Shown in pieces: positions 9,572 through 19,299 of a DNA stretch of 64,000 bases. The notes beneath the pieces were generated by a model. The model was not told where the DNA came from. It worked only from the letters and a program-made list of their open reading frames with translations, and did not search any database. The position numbers and the translations under genes were made by a program. The stretch's first letter is position 1; every line of letters starts with the position of its first letter. This DNA comes from Candidatus Eiseniibacteriota bacterium (lineage in GTDB: Bacteria; Eisenbacteria; RBG-16-71-46): NCBI GenBank assembly GCA_963744995.1, contig CAVUWA010000005.1, forward strand, positions 96,001 to 160,000, written 5' to 3'.

Positions 9572-10276
9572 ATGACGTCCCTGGCGATTCAGAAGTCTCT
9601 GCTGGCACTGTTGTTCGCGGCGAGCGCTTTCGCGGCTCCCGCCCCCGGCGATTCCGCCGGCCGCATCCCGGCCCCCGAGCCCCGTTTCCCCGCGGACATC
9701 GTCTATGCCCGCGAAGGTCACGCCGACAGCGCGGTGGTCTTCAGCCATCCGATCCACTTCATGCTCGCCGGCAACACCTGCACCGCGTGTCACCCGGCGA
9801 CGTTCCACATGCTCACGCGCGGTCCCGAGCCGACCCACCGCGACATGAACGCGGGCGCCTCGTGCGGCACGTGCCATAACGGCCGCGACGCGTTCGGCAC
9901 GACCGACGCCACGGCCTGCGCCACGTGCCACACCGGCCCGCCGAAGAAGGAAGTGGCGGCAGCCGCTTCCGCAGCGCCGGGCGGCGCAACGGCCGCCGCC
10001 GCACCTGCGGCGCCGCGCGTGCCGAAGCCACACGCCTATCCGCGCGCCGCGGACTCCCCCGGCCGCGTCACGTTCCAGCATGCGACGCACGCGAAGGCGG
10101 GTTGTGCGACGTGCCACCCGCAGCCGTTCCAGATGAAGGCGGCGCCGCCGCTTCCCGACTTCGGCATGCACGGCGAATCCGCATGCGGCAAGTGCCACGA
10201 CGGCAAAGCGGCGTTCGCGGCCGAGGACCCCGCGAACTGTGATCGCTGCCACAAGGGCGAAGGAGCCACCCCATGA
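9572..10276 (+). CDS. Periplasmic hexaheme cytochrome c (two c7-type triheme domains)
   Basis: Signal peptide and 6 CxxCH in two repeats (VVFSHPIH.., VTFQHATH..) joined by an Ala/Pro linker. Confidence 0.9.
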   Translation: MTSLAIQKSLLALLFAASAFAAPAPGDSAGRIPAPEPRFPADIVYAREGHADSAVVFSHPIHFMLAGNTCTACHPATFHMLTRGPEPTHRDMNAGASCGTCHNGRDAFGTTDATACATCHTGPPKKEVAAAASAAPGGATAAAAPAAPRVPKPHAYPRAADSPGRVTFQHATHAKAGCATCHPQPFQMKAAPPLPDFGMHGESACGKCHDGKAAFAAEDPANCDRCHKGEGATP

Positions 10277-11052
10277 GCCGCGGCCTGCTGTTCGATTCCA
10301 CCCGCTGCATCGGCTGTGGCGCCTGCTCGGCCGCGTGCAAGGAGCAGAACGGTCTGCCGGACGAGATCGAGAAGAAGACCACCGCCTACACCTGGACCGT
10401 GGTCGAGCACCACGAGGGCGCCAACGTGCGCCGTATGTGCATGCACTGCCTCTCGCCGACGTGCGTGTCGGTGTGCCCCGTCGGCGCGATGAAGAAGACG
10501 GCCCAGGGACCGGTCGACTACGACTCCGATCTCTGCATCGGCTGCCGCTACTGCATCATGGCGTGCCCGTTCGGCGCGCCGAAGTACCAGTGGGACAAGC
10601 TGCTGCCGGTGGTCGGCAAGTGCGTGATGTGCGCGCCGCGCGTGGCCGCCGGGCAACCGACGGCCTGCGCCGCCGTCTGCCCCACCGGGGCGACCCTGTT
10701 CGGCGAACGTGACGACCTGATCCGCGAGGCGCGCGAGCGGATCGCCCGTGAGCCCGATCGCTACGTCGACCACATCTACGGTCTCGAGGAGGCGGGCGGC
10801 ACCTCGGTGCTGATGCTGTCGAACGTCTCGTTCGCGGGGCTCGGCCTGCCCGGCAATCTGCCCCACGAAGAGCTGCCGCAGCTCACCTGGCGCGTGCTCT
10901 CGCACCTCCCCGACGTCGTCTCGGTCGGCGCCGTGGCGCTGTTCGGCATCCACTGGATCACCAAGCGGCGCACCTACGTCCGCCTCGCCGAAGGCGGCGA
11001 CGCGCCCGTCGAGCCGCCGACGTCGGCAGACGGTGGAAGGAGCGGATCATGA
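10273..11052 (+). CDS. hybA: HybA/FdnH-like 4x[4Fe-4S] protein with C-terminal membrane anchor
   Basis: CIGCGACSAAC, CMHCLSPTCVSVCP, CIGCRYCIMACP, KCVMC..CAAVCP and HIYGLEEAGGTSVL. Confidence 0.85.
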   Translation: MSRGLLFDSTRCIGCGACSAACKEQNGLPDEIEKKTTAYTWTVVEHHEGANVRRMCMHCLSPTCVSVCPVGAMKKTAQGPVDYDSDLCIGCRYCIMACPFGAPKYQWDKLLPVVGKCVMCAPRVAAGQPTACAAVCPTGATLFGERDDLIREARERIAREPDRYVDHIYGLEEAGGTSVLMLSNVSFAGLGLPGNLPHEELPQLTWRVLSHLPDVVSVGAVALFGIHWITKRRTYVRLAEGGDAPVEPPTSADGGRSGS

Positions 11053-12215
11053 GCGTCGCTCTCGAAGCCCCGCGCCGGCGCGCGATGCCCGGCTTCTGGA
11101 CCGTGATCTTCTTCGTGATCCTGGCCGCGTTCCTGTTCGTGACCTTCGTGCGGTTCACGCGCGGGCTCGGCGCCACGACGAACCTGAGCGACGCCTTCCC
11201 GTGGGGGCTCTGGATCGGCTTCGACATCCTGTGCGGCGTCGGCCTCGCCGCGGGCGCGTTCACGATCATGGCGACGGTGCACCTGTTCAACATCCGCCGC
11301 TTCGACCCGATCGTCCGTCCGACGGTGCTGACCGGCTACCTCGGATACCTGTTCGTCGTATTCGCCCTGATGTACGACCTCGGTCAGCCGTGGCGGATCT
11401 GGCACGCGATCGTGTTCTGGAACCCGCACTCGGTCATGTTCGAGGTCGCCTGGTGCGTGATGCTCTACACCACGGTGCTCACGTTCGAATTCCTGCCGAT
11501 GGTGCTCGAGCGGTTCCGTCTCGACCGGCTGCGCCGCATCCTGCACAACGCGAACACGCCGCTGGTGGTGCTCGGCGTGCTGCTCTCGACCATGCACCAG
11601 TCCTCGCTGGGCTCGCTCTACCTGATCGTGCCGTCCAAGCTCTACCCGCTGTGGTATTCGCCGATGCTGCCGTGGCTGTTCTACGTGTCGGCGATCGGCG
11701 CCGGACTCGGCATGGTCATTGTCGAGTCGTGGCTCTCGGGGCGTGCGTTCGGGCGCGAACTCGAACTCGAGCTGCTCGAACCGCTCGGTCGGGCCATGGT
11801 GGTCGTGCTCGCCGTATTCGGCGTGCTGCGCCTGCAGTCGATCTGGCACGAGGGCGCGCTGGGCCTGATGTTCCAGCCCACCTACGAGGCCCACATGTTC
11901 CAGCTCGAATTCGGGCTCGGCGTCGTGCTGCCGATCGCGCTGCTGCTCTGGCGGCGCATCCGCACCTCCCCCGCGGGGCTGGTCGCGGGCGGCGCACTCG
12001 CGGTGCTGGGCTTCATCATGCACCGGTTGAACGTGAGCGTGACCGGACTCGAACGGGCGGCGGGCATGCATTACCGGCCGTCGTGGATGGAGGTCACCGT
12101 GTCCGTGGGCCTCGTGGCCATCGGCTTCGCGGTCTTCGCGCTGGCGGCACGCTACCTGCCGGTGTTCCCGCGGCACGGGCACGATTCACCCGCGCCGGCG
12201 GCGCGGGACGCCTGA
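11049..12215 (+). CDS. hybB: HybB/NrfD-family quinone-interacting membrane subunit
   Basis: GLGATTNLSDAFPWGLWIGFD, DLGQPWR, SVMFEVAWC and LSTMHQSSLG. Confidence 0.9.
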   Translation: MSVALEAPRRRAMPGFWTVIFFVILAAFLFVTFVRFTRGLGATTNLSDAFPWGLWIGFDILCGVGLAAGAFTIMATVHLFNIRRFDPIVRPTVLTGYLGYLFVVFALMYDLGQPWRIWHAIVFWNPHSVMFEVAWCVMLYTTVLTFEFLPMVLERFRLDRLRRILHNANTPLVVLGVLLSTMHQSSLGSLYLIVPSKLYPLWYSPMLPWLFYVSAIGAGLGMVIVESWLSGRAFGRELELELLEPLGRAMVVVLAVFGVLRLQSIWHEGALGLMFQPTYEAHMFQLEFGLGVVLPIALLLWRRIRTSPAGLVAGGALAVLGFIMHRLNVSVTGLERAAGMHYRPSWMEVTVSVGLVAIGFAVFALAARYLPVFPRHGHDSPAPAARDA

Positions 12216-12240
12216 CCGTAACGAGCGTGTGGGGGTGCGC

Positions 12241-14241
12241 ATGAAACCGCACATCGGAACCCTGGCGATCGTGGGCGTCGCGGTGGTCACTGCCGTGGTG
12301 ATCGGCGTCATGTCGGGGATCATGATCCGCGCCCACCAGCGCGCCCTCATCGCACAGCTCACGCGCAGCGCCGATCAGCTGAGCGAAACCATCGCCAGCA
12401 CGACGTACCACGACATGCTCGAGAACCGGCGCGACGCGGTGCACCGCGAGATCACGACCATCGGTCATCAGGACGGGATCGACAGGGTGCGGCTGTTCAA
12501 CGCCGCGGGCACGATCATGTTCTCGTCGGACCAGGCCGAGATCGGCCATGCGCTCGACAAGAACGCCGAGGCCTGCTACGCGTGCCACGCGGCGGGCCAG
12601 CCGCCCGCGGCACTGTCCATGCACGAGCGCGCCCGCATCTACCGCGCCGGCGACGGGCATCGCGTGCTCGGCATGATCCGGCCGATCCACAACGAGCAGA
12701 CCTGCTCCAGCGCCGCCTGTCACGCGCACTCGCGCGACGAGACCGTGCTCGGCGTGCTCGACGTCAACCTGTCGCTCGCCGCCGCCGACGCGCAGATCGC
12801 CGGCGACCAGCGGCGCATGTGGATGCTCGCCGTGCTGGCGATCGCGGCCAGCAGCCTGCTGCTCTGGTGGCTGAGCCGGCAACTGATCCTGAAGCCGGTG
12901 GCCGCGCTGATCGCGGGCACGCGCCGGGTCGCGCGCGGCGACCTGTCGACGGCCATTCCGGTGACGGGCGGGCAGGAGCTCGGCGACCTGGCCCGCTCGT
13001 TCAACGACATGACGCAGCGCCTGAACGAGATGCAGCGCCAGCTCACGCAGTCCGACAAGCTGGCGTCGGTCGGCCGCCTCGCCGCGGGCGTGGCGCACGA
13101 GATCAACAACCCGCTCACGGGCGTGCTGACCTACGCCTCGTTCCTCGAGAAGCGCGCCGCGAACGATCCGGAGACCCGCGCCGATCTCGAGGTCATCGTG
13201 CGCGAGACCAAGCGCTGCCGGGAGATCACCCGCGGGCTGCTGGACTTCGCCCGGCAGACACCGCCCAGGCGCCAGCCCATCGACGTCAACGAGGTCGTGC
13301 GCCGCGCCGCGGCCGTGGTCATGAATCAGCTCACGCTTGCGCGCGTCAACATCCGGTTCGAGCTGGGCGAGGATCTGCACACCATCCCCGCGGACGCGAA
13401 CCAGATCCAGCAGGTGGTCGTGAACCTGCTCCTCAACGCCGCCGACGCCATCGCCGGCGCCAGCCCGAGCCCCGGCGGCACGATCACCGTGCGCACCGCG
13501 CGCGCGGCGGTGCCGCCCCAGGGCTATGCGATCGTGCGCACGGCCACGTGCCCCAGAGGATGCGACCTGCTCGACAAGGACGTGCGCCTCGGCGGCGCGC
13601 CGTCGATCCGCATCGTGCGCAGGAGTGGCGACCGCGACGGGGTCATGCACATGGACCCGCGCTACGGCCATGGCCAGCACCATGCGCCGGAGCAGCGCCA
13701 GGAGGGCGAAATCCTGGAGCACCTGTGCCCGTCCTGTCACACGCCGCTCGAGCTGCCGGATCGCCGCTGCCCGGACTGCGGGGCGCCGATGTTCGGCGTG
13801 AACGTGGGCGGCGCAGGCCAGATCGAATGGTGCGCGCGGGCCGGTTGTCCGGGGAGCCGCTGGGAGGCGATGGACCGCCTCGGGCCGCAGCCCTACCTCG
13901 AGATCACGGTCGAAGACACCGGGCGCGGCATCGCCCGGGAAGAGATGGACCGCCTGTTCGATCCGTTCTTCACCACCAAGGGCCCGCGCGGCACGGGTCT
14001 GGGGCTCGCGGTCACCTGGGGCATCGTCGAGGGCCACGCGGGCTCGATCGCCGTCGAGAGCGAGCCCGGCAGGGGTTCGCGCTTCACGGTGCGGTTGCCG
14101 TGCGAGGTACCGGACGCGATGGCCGGCGCGAGCGCGTCGCCGCCCGCGCCCGTGCCCATGCCCGATGCGCGCGGCAATACCGGACCGGGTGCCGTGCGCG
14201 GTTCGGTGCCGCTGCCGCGTACGACCGGAGGCACGCCATGA
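12241..14241 (+). CDS. Sensor histidine kinase (heme-binding periplasmic domain, HAMP, HisKA, HATPase with Cys-rich insertion)
   Basis: Two TM helices; CYACH and CSSAACH; AHEINNPL; NLLLNAADA; DTGRGI; FDPFFTTK; GTGLGL. Confidence 0.92.
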   Translation: MKPHIGTLAIVGVAVVTAVVIGVMSGIMIRAHQRALIAQLTRSADQLSETIASTTYHDMLENRRDAVHREITTIGHQDGIDRVRLFNAAGTIMFSSDQAEIGHALDKNAEACYACHAAGQPPAALSMHERARIYRAGDGHRVLGMIRPIHNEQTCSSAACHAHSRDETVLGVLDVNLSLAAADAQIAGDQRRMWMLAVLAIAASSLLLWWLSRQLILKPVAALIAGTRRVARGDLSTAIPVTGGQELGDLARSFNDMTQRLNEMQRQLTQSDKLASVGRLAAGVAHEINNPLTGVLTYASFLEKRAANDPETRADLEVIVRETKRCREITRGLLDFARQTPPRRQPIDVNEVVRRAAAVVMNQLTLARVNIRFELGEDLHTIPADANQIQQVVVNLLLNAADAIAGASPSPGGTITVRTARAAVPPQGYAIVRTATCPRGCDLLDKDVRLGGAPSIRIVRRSGDRDGVMHMDPRYGHGQHHAPEQRQEGEILEHLCPSCHTPLELPDRRCPDCGAPMFGVNVGGAGQIEWCARAGCPGSRWEAMDRLGPQPYLEITVEDTGRGIAREEMDRLFDPFFTTKGPRGTGLGLAVTWGIVEGHAGSIAVESEPGRGSRFTVRLPCEVPDAMAGASASPPAPVPMPDARGNTGPGAVRGSVPLPRTTGGTP

Positions 14242-14633
14242 ACGCCGCCTGCGACGTGCTGGTCGTGGACGACGAGCCCGTGGTCGCCGATGCGATCCGG
14301 CTGGTGCTCGGTGCGGAAGGATTCGCCGTCACTGCCGTGCTCGACGCCGAAGCGGCCCTCGCCCATCCCGATCTCGAGCGCTGCCGCCTCGTGATCTGCG
14401 ATCTGATGCTGCCGGGGCGCTCGGGGCTCGAGGCGCTCCAGGCCATGCGCGCACGGCGCCCCGAGCTGCCCATCGTGATGATCACCGGCTACGCCCTTCC
14501 CGCCCAGGAGCAACAGGTGCTCGAGGCGGGCGCCACGGCGTTCCTGGCGAAGCCTTTCGACGATACCGAACTGCTCACCCTGGTACGGCGCGTGCTGTCC
14601 GAGAACGTCGCCGGGAAGGAGTCCTCTCCATGA
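14238..14633 (+). CDS. Single-domain response regulator (receiver)
   Basis: VLVVDDE, ICDLMLP, MITGY and LAKPF. ATGA overlap with the kinase gene. Confidence 0.9.
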   Translation: MNAACDVLVVDDEPVVADAIRLVLGAEGFAVTAVLDAEAALAHPDLERCRLVICDLMLPGRSGLEALQAMRARRPELPIVMITGYALPAQEQQVLEAGATAFLAKPFDDTELLTLVRRVLSENVAGKESSP

Positions 14634-15790
14634 CGGCCCTGTTGATGATCCTGCTGGTGGTCCTGTTCGTACTCGCCGACGTGGTCGTACGCGCGGTGTC
14701 CGGTCGCATGGACGTCGCGCGCCGCCGCCGCGAACGCGAAGCCGTCCTGAAGACCGCCGTCACCCAGACGTTCGCCGAAGAGGCCAAGAGTCTGATGCGC
14801 GCCGAGGTTCCCGAGGCGCGCGCGCGGATCCTCGCCGTGGACGACGAGAAGATCGTTCTCGACAGCTTCAGGAAGATCCTGGTGCTGGCGGGGTTCAGCG
14901 TGGATACCGTGGAAAACGGCCCCGAGGCGCTCACCCTGCTGCGGGCGCGCGACTACGACTTCCTGTTCACCGACCTCAAGATGCCGGAGATGGACGGCGT
15001 CGAGGTGGTCAAGGCCGCGCGTCACCTGAGACCCGACATGGACGTGGTGGTGATCACCGGCTACGGCACGATCGAAACCGCGGTCGAGACCATGCAGTTC
15101 GGCGCGGTCGACTACGTGCAGAAGCCGTTCACCGCCGAGGAGCTGATCGCGATCGCCAACCGCCTGCTGATCAAGCGCGAAGCGCGGCTCGCGGCGCAGC
15201 GGCTGCCGGTAGTGCGCGTGGTCGCGCCGGCCATCGCCGAGATCCTCAAGGAGGGCGAATACTGCGTGCCCGGTGGCGCATTCGTCTCGCCCGGCCATGC
15301 GTGGGCACGGATCGACCCGAGCGGCCAGGTGTGGACCGGGCTCGACGACTTCGCCCGCAAGGCGCTCGGGAAAGTGGAGCGCGTCGAGCTGCCCGCCGCG
15401 GGCACCCGCGTGCGTCGCGGCGACCCCCTGTTCACGGTCAGGCGCGGCGCCGAATCGCTGAAGGTGCTCGCGCCGGTGAGCGGCGAGATCACCCAGGTGA
15501 ACGAGGCGCTCCAGCGCCAGCCGCACCTCGTGGTGCTGAGCCCGTACGACCGCGGCTGGACCTGTCTCGTGCGGCCCGCCGAGCTCAACGACGAGCTCCA
15601 GGGCCTGCGCATCGGCCGTCCGGTGGTGGCGTGGTACCAGGACGAGATCCAGCGCCTGCGCAAGGAGACCGAAACCAGCGGCCAGACGGCACTCAAGTGG
15701 GTGGATCTCGAAACGCGGTTCTTCGGCCCCGGCGTCGCCGTCAACGAGCCGGTGACCGATACGGTGGTCGAGGCGGTCGGCGCCGGGTAG
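14630..15790 (+). CDS. Membrane-anchored receiver domain fused to a GcvH-like domain
   Basis: N-terminal TM; ILAVDDE, TDLKMP and QKPF; then SPGHAWA..GLDDFA..VELP..APVSGEITQVN..SPYDRGW. Confidence 0.88.
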   Translation: MTALLMILLVVLFVLADVVVRAVSGRMDVARRRREREAVLKTAVTQTFAEEAKSLMRAEVPEARARILAVDDEKIVLDSFRKILVLAGFSVDTVENGPEALTLLRARDYDFLFTDLKMPEMDGVEVVKAARHLRPDMDVVVITGYGTIETAVETMQFGAVDYVQKPFTAEELIAIANRLLIKREARLAAQRLPVVRVVAPAIAEILKEGEYCVPGGAFVSPGHAWARIDPSGQVWTGLDDFARKALGKVERVELPAAGTRVRRGDPLFTVRRGAESLKVLAPVSGEITQVNEALQRQPHLVVLSPYDRGWTCLVRPAELNDELQGLRIGRPVVAWYQDEIQRLRKETETSGQTALKWVDLETRFFGPGVAVNEPVTDTVVEAVGAG

Positions 15791-15843
15791 CAATCGCCGT
15801 GTGCCGGACCGGCCGGCCCCTGCCCCGCGCGAACCCCCATCGT

Positions 15844-15882
15844 GCGGAGCGCCGCCGGTCGTGGTCGAGCGGTTCGTCTCCA
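15844..15882. repeat. 39-bp imperfect direct repeat, copy 1
   Basis: gcggagcgccgccggtcgtggtcgagcggttcgtctcca, 34/39 identical to 18670-18708. Confidence 0.7.
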
Positions 15883-15921
15883 CGAAGGATCGTGCGATCC
15901 CGGTGCCGGACCCACCGTGCC

Positions 15922-18504
15922 CTAGCGAATGACCACGATCTTCTGCGTCACGCTCACCCCGCATGCCTCGAGGCGGCAGAGATAGATCGCCGGCGCCCAT
16001 CCGGTCGTATCGAGCTCGATCCGGTGGATTCCCGCGGCCGTCCACGCGCGATCAAGCGGCACCGCGACGCGACGGCCCTGCAGATCGAAGATCGCGAGGC
16101 GTGCGGGCGACTCGCGGGGCAGCGTGAACTCGATAGCCCCCCTGCCGCGCACGGGCCGAGGCCCGATCCACGCGAGCGCAGGCGCTTCGCTCGTGCGAGC
16201 GGCCATCGGAACGGCGGCGCGCGGCGAGCCCGGCAGCAGCACGGCCACCCCGCTGTGCGGAAATCCATGCACGCTGTGGAATGCGCCTCCGACGAACAGC
16301 GTGTCACCGCTCGCGACCAGGTCGCTGACGAACCCGTCCAGCCGAGCGTCCACACCGGTCGGAGCGCCGCTGCCCGCGTCGAATCCAGCCAGGTACGCGC
16401 GGGACGTTCCGGCGATCGTGCCGAAGGTGCCGCCGACCCAGATGGTGCGGCCCATGGCGGCGATTGTTTCGATCGGACCGTTCGGATCCGGCGCCCACGG
16501 CAGCACCGCCCCAGTGGACGCATCCACTGCGGCGAGGTCGTTGCGGGGCTCCCCGCCCATGGAACCGAAGATGCCTCCCACGTACGTCGTTCCCTCGTGC
16601 CTCGCGAGCGCGAAGAGCTGGGGGTAGAGGTAGGGGTAGGCGTCCCCGGGCCGTGGACTCCACGGCAGTAACGTTCCGGTGAGGGGATCGACGGCGCCGA
16701 GGTGCGGACGGTGCCCGCCGCCGAGATCGTTGAACCCGCCGCCGAGATAGATGGCATCCTCCGTGGGCAGGATGACCGTGCAGCTGCCGTCCGGGTATGC
16801 GTTCCATGGGGTCGCCGCCGCCGTCACCGGATCCAGCTCTGCGACGTAGTTGCGATCCTGCCCGCCGAGCCCAAAGAAGTAACCGCCGACGAAGATCGAC
16901 CGGTCACGGATCGCCATGGCATACCCGCCGGCGGATACACCGATTGGGCCCAGCGGTCCGGGGTCCCACGCGAGCAGCGCGCCGGTGTCCGCATCCACGG
17001 CCGCGATATCGTGACGCGGAATCCCGTTCACGTGATTGAACAGGCCGGCCAGATAGACCGTGTCTCCGATCACACCGATTCCCGTCACGTCGCCGTCGAT
17101 CTCGGGGCTCCATGAGGCGGCGCGCCCGGTGGTGAGATCGATCGCCGCCGCACCGCGATGCGGCTGCCAGTCGCGCAGACTGGTGAAGCGACCCCCCACG
17201 TAGATGGAGGCGCCGTCCACCACGATCGCCTCGACGTCGTCGTCGGGTCTCGGGTTCCACTCCTCAAGCCTCCCGGTGGCCCCGTCCAGCGCCCCCAGGA
17301 AACCGCGCGGGGTCGCCGCCAGGGTTTCGAACGTGCCGCCGACGTAGAGCGTCCCGCCGTGCACGGCGAGCGCATTCACCGACGGCCGCAGACTGGCGTG
17401 GGAGATCCCGGCCTCGAATCCAGTCGGTTCGCCCGTCTTCGCATCGAGCGCCACCAGGCCGCGTCGCACGAGCCCACCTGACTCGTCGAAATAGCCCCCC
17501 AGGTACACGGTGTGGCCCTGCAGCGCGATCGCCGACACCCAGGGCCAGATCCAGCTTCCGTGCGCGATGTATCGGCGCTTGGGCCCGAGTGCCGGGTCCC
17601 ACGCCGTGACCGAAGCCGTGCGCAGATCGACGGCGGCGATCGAATTGCGGGGCACGCCACCGACGTGATCGAACTCGCCGCCCGCATAGAGCGTCGCCCC
17701 GCCGATGGCGAGGCACAGGACCCTTCCGTCGGCGCCCGGGTTCCACTCCGACGCCGCGCCCGTGTCGAGGTCGAGCGCCGCCAGATGTGCTCTGTCCGCG
17801 CTGCCGATGCGGGTGAATGCTCCCCCGGCGTAGAGCGACCGGCCGCGCGCCGCCAGCGCGCGCACTTCGCCGTTCGCCTCGGGCCTCCACGCGATCAGCG
17901 CGCCGGTTTCGCCATCGAGCGCGGCGATGTCGCTCCGCGTCTCGCCGGCGACCGTCGTGAACAGGCCACCGATGTAAATCGTCTGGCCGATGCGCACCAT
18001 CGCATCCACACCGGGCGTCCGGTACACGACATCCGGGACGTTGATCCGCACCGTGGCGCCCGCCACGCCGGGATTCCATGGCGCCACGGTGCCGTCGGCG
18101 AGAATATGCGCGAGGTTCGCGCGCGGCTGGCCTTCCACGGCCGTGAAGCGGCCACCGATGTACCAGCCTCCGGCCCCGTCCGGAACCACGGCATCCAGCT
18201 CGCCACAGACGCGCGCGAACGGCGCCTGCAGCGCTCCCGTGCGAGGGTCGACGGCTACGCCGCCGCCCGTGTTGGGCCCGACGTCGCTCATGCTGCCGGC
18301 GAGGTAGAGGGTGTTCCCGGACCGCGCCATCGCGTAGACGACGCCGTGCACACCCCAGAGAGGGACGTCGCCGGTCTGAGCCATCGCGGGGATCCCGTTG
18401 CCGGCCAGCACGCAGACCAGCGTCACCAGCGTCGCGCGATGCCACAGGGTCGGGAGACCGGAGGAAACCCGGAGGACAGGCCGTCGAAGCGAAAGGCGAG
18501 GCAT
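15922..18504 (-). CDS. Secreted beta-propeller-like repeat protein with T9SS/FlgD-like C-terminal domain
   Basis: About 10-12 repeats of YxGGxF...R..LAAxDxxTG...WxP. C-terminus LAIFDLQGRRV...IYLCRL...QKIVVIR. Signal-like N-terminus; start uncertain. Confidence 0.82.
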   Translation of the reverse strand: MPRLSLRRPVLRVSSGLPTLWHRATLVTLVCVLAGNGIPAMAQTGDVPLWGVHGVVYAMARSGNTLYLAGSMSDVGPNTGGGVAVDPRTGALQAPFARVCGELDAVVPDGAGGWYIGGRFTAVEGQPRANLAHILADGTVAPWNPGVAGATVRINVPDVVYRTPGVDAMVRIGQTIYIGGLFTTVAGETRSDIAALDGETGALIAWRPEANGEVRALAARGRSLYAGGAFTRIGSADRAHLAALDLDTGAASEWNPGADGRVLCLAIGGATLYAGGEFDHVGGVPRNSIAAVDLRTASVTAWDPALGPKRRYIAHGSWIWPWVSAIALQGHTVYLGGYFDESGGLVRRGLVALDAKTGEPTGFEAGISHASLRPSVNALAVHGGTLYVGGTFETLAATPRGFLGALDGATGRLEEWNPRPDDDVEAIVVDGASIYVGGRFTSLRDWQPHRGAAAIDLTTGRAASWSPEIDGDVTGIGVIGDTVYLAGLFNHVNGIPRHDIAAVDADTGALLAWDPGPLGPIGVSAGGYAMAIRDRSIFVGGYFFGLGGQDRNYVAELDPVTAAATPWNAYPDGSCTVILPTEDAIYLGGGFNDLGGGHRPHLGAVDPLTGTLLPWSPRPGDAYPYLYPQLFALARHEGTTYVGGIFGSMGGEPRNDLAAVDASTGAVLPWAPDPNGPIETIAAMGRTIWVGGTFGTIAGTSRAYLAGFDAGSGAPTGVDARLDGFVSDLVASGDTLFVGGAFHSVHGFPHSGVAVLLPGSPRAAVPMAARTSEAPALAWIGPRPVRGRGAIEFTLPRESPARLAIFDLQGRRVAVPLDRAWTAAGIHRIELDTTGWAPAIYLCRLEACGVSVTQKIVVIR

Positions 18505-18669
18505 CGTGCGGGCCCTGCGGTGTGGAAGGAGACGCCCGGGCAGCACCGGCAGCCGTGCTACATGCCCTGCCCGGTCCGCCCGTGCAGAAATCCTGAACCT
18601 GGGCCCGCCATCCTGCAAGCGTCCCGTGCGCCGCGTCCATGCCGGCGGACTCCAGCGGCATGGGCCCTC

Positions 18670-18708
18670 GCGGGGCGCCGTCGGTCATGGTCGAGTGGTT
18701 CGTCCCCA
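18670..18708. repeat. 39-bp imperfect direct repeat, copy 2
   Basis: gcggggcgccgtcggtcatggtcgagtggttcgtcccca. Confidence 0.7.
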
Positions 18709-18943
18709 GAGTCGAGCGTTCACGGCGAACACAGCATTGCCCGTTCGCGCTTCGGTCGCCGCCGCAATGAACCCCTGGGGATGCGGCTACCTCGGTGACC
18801 CCGGGCCCGGCTGCATGTGCACCCGGGCGAATCCCGCACGGAGCCCGAAGCGGCGCATCGGTTGGAGTCGGCGCGGTAACAGACGTATCGTCGGCTTCTC
18901 GCCGTTCTGACGCGAAAGATCCGGCACGACTGGAGGCCATCAG

Positions 18944-19276
18944 GTGATCTGTCCACGCTGCGGTACCAGCAATCCCGAAGACGCCGTGCGGTGTTCCGAA
19001 TGCAACGCCGGGCTGACGGAGGGACCGTCACAGCCCGCCGACGACGGCGCCAAATGGGTCGAAGAGGCCGTCATCCTCGAGACGACCGATGAAACACGGC
19101 TGATGGCGGCGCGCTCCCTGCTCGAAGCCGAGGGCATTCCCTGCTACGCGCGCGGCGAAGAAGGTCAGACGCTCATCGGCGCGGGGCCGGTGCGGCTCTG
19201 CGTCCCAGTTTCCAGAGAGGCGGCGGCGCGCGCGCTCCTGGCCGGGTCGTCATCCGGTCGACCTGAACCGAGATGA
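18944..19276 (+). CDS. Zinc-ribbon plus DUF2007-like protein
   Basis: CPRC..CSEC followed by ARSLLEAEGIPC...VRLCVP..AARALL. GGAGG upstream. Confidence 0.75.
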   Translation: MICPRCGTSNPEDAVRCSECNAGLTEGPSQPADDGAKWVEEAVILETTDETRLMAARSLLEAEGIPCYARGEEGQTLIGAGPVRLCVPVSREAAARALLAGSSSGRPEPR

Positions 19277-19299
19277 CCGGTATATCCGCGGCGCGGCGA

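Noticed and set aside
10273..12215. Calling this locus a hydrogenase-2 operon
   Set aside because: No NiFe large or small subunit and no maturation genes are in the window.
15452..15463. ESLK as the lipoylation site of a true GcvH
   Set aside because: It is out of register with APVSG, and there is no gcvT or gcvP nearby.
15791..15921. Integron attC site or CRISPR repeat interpretation of the 39-bp repeat
   Set aside because: There are no RYYYAAC/GTTRRRY ends, only two copies 2.8 kb apart, and no integrase or cas genes.
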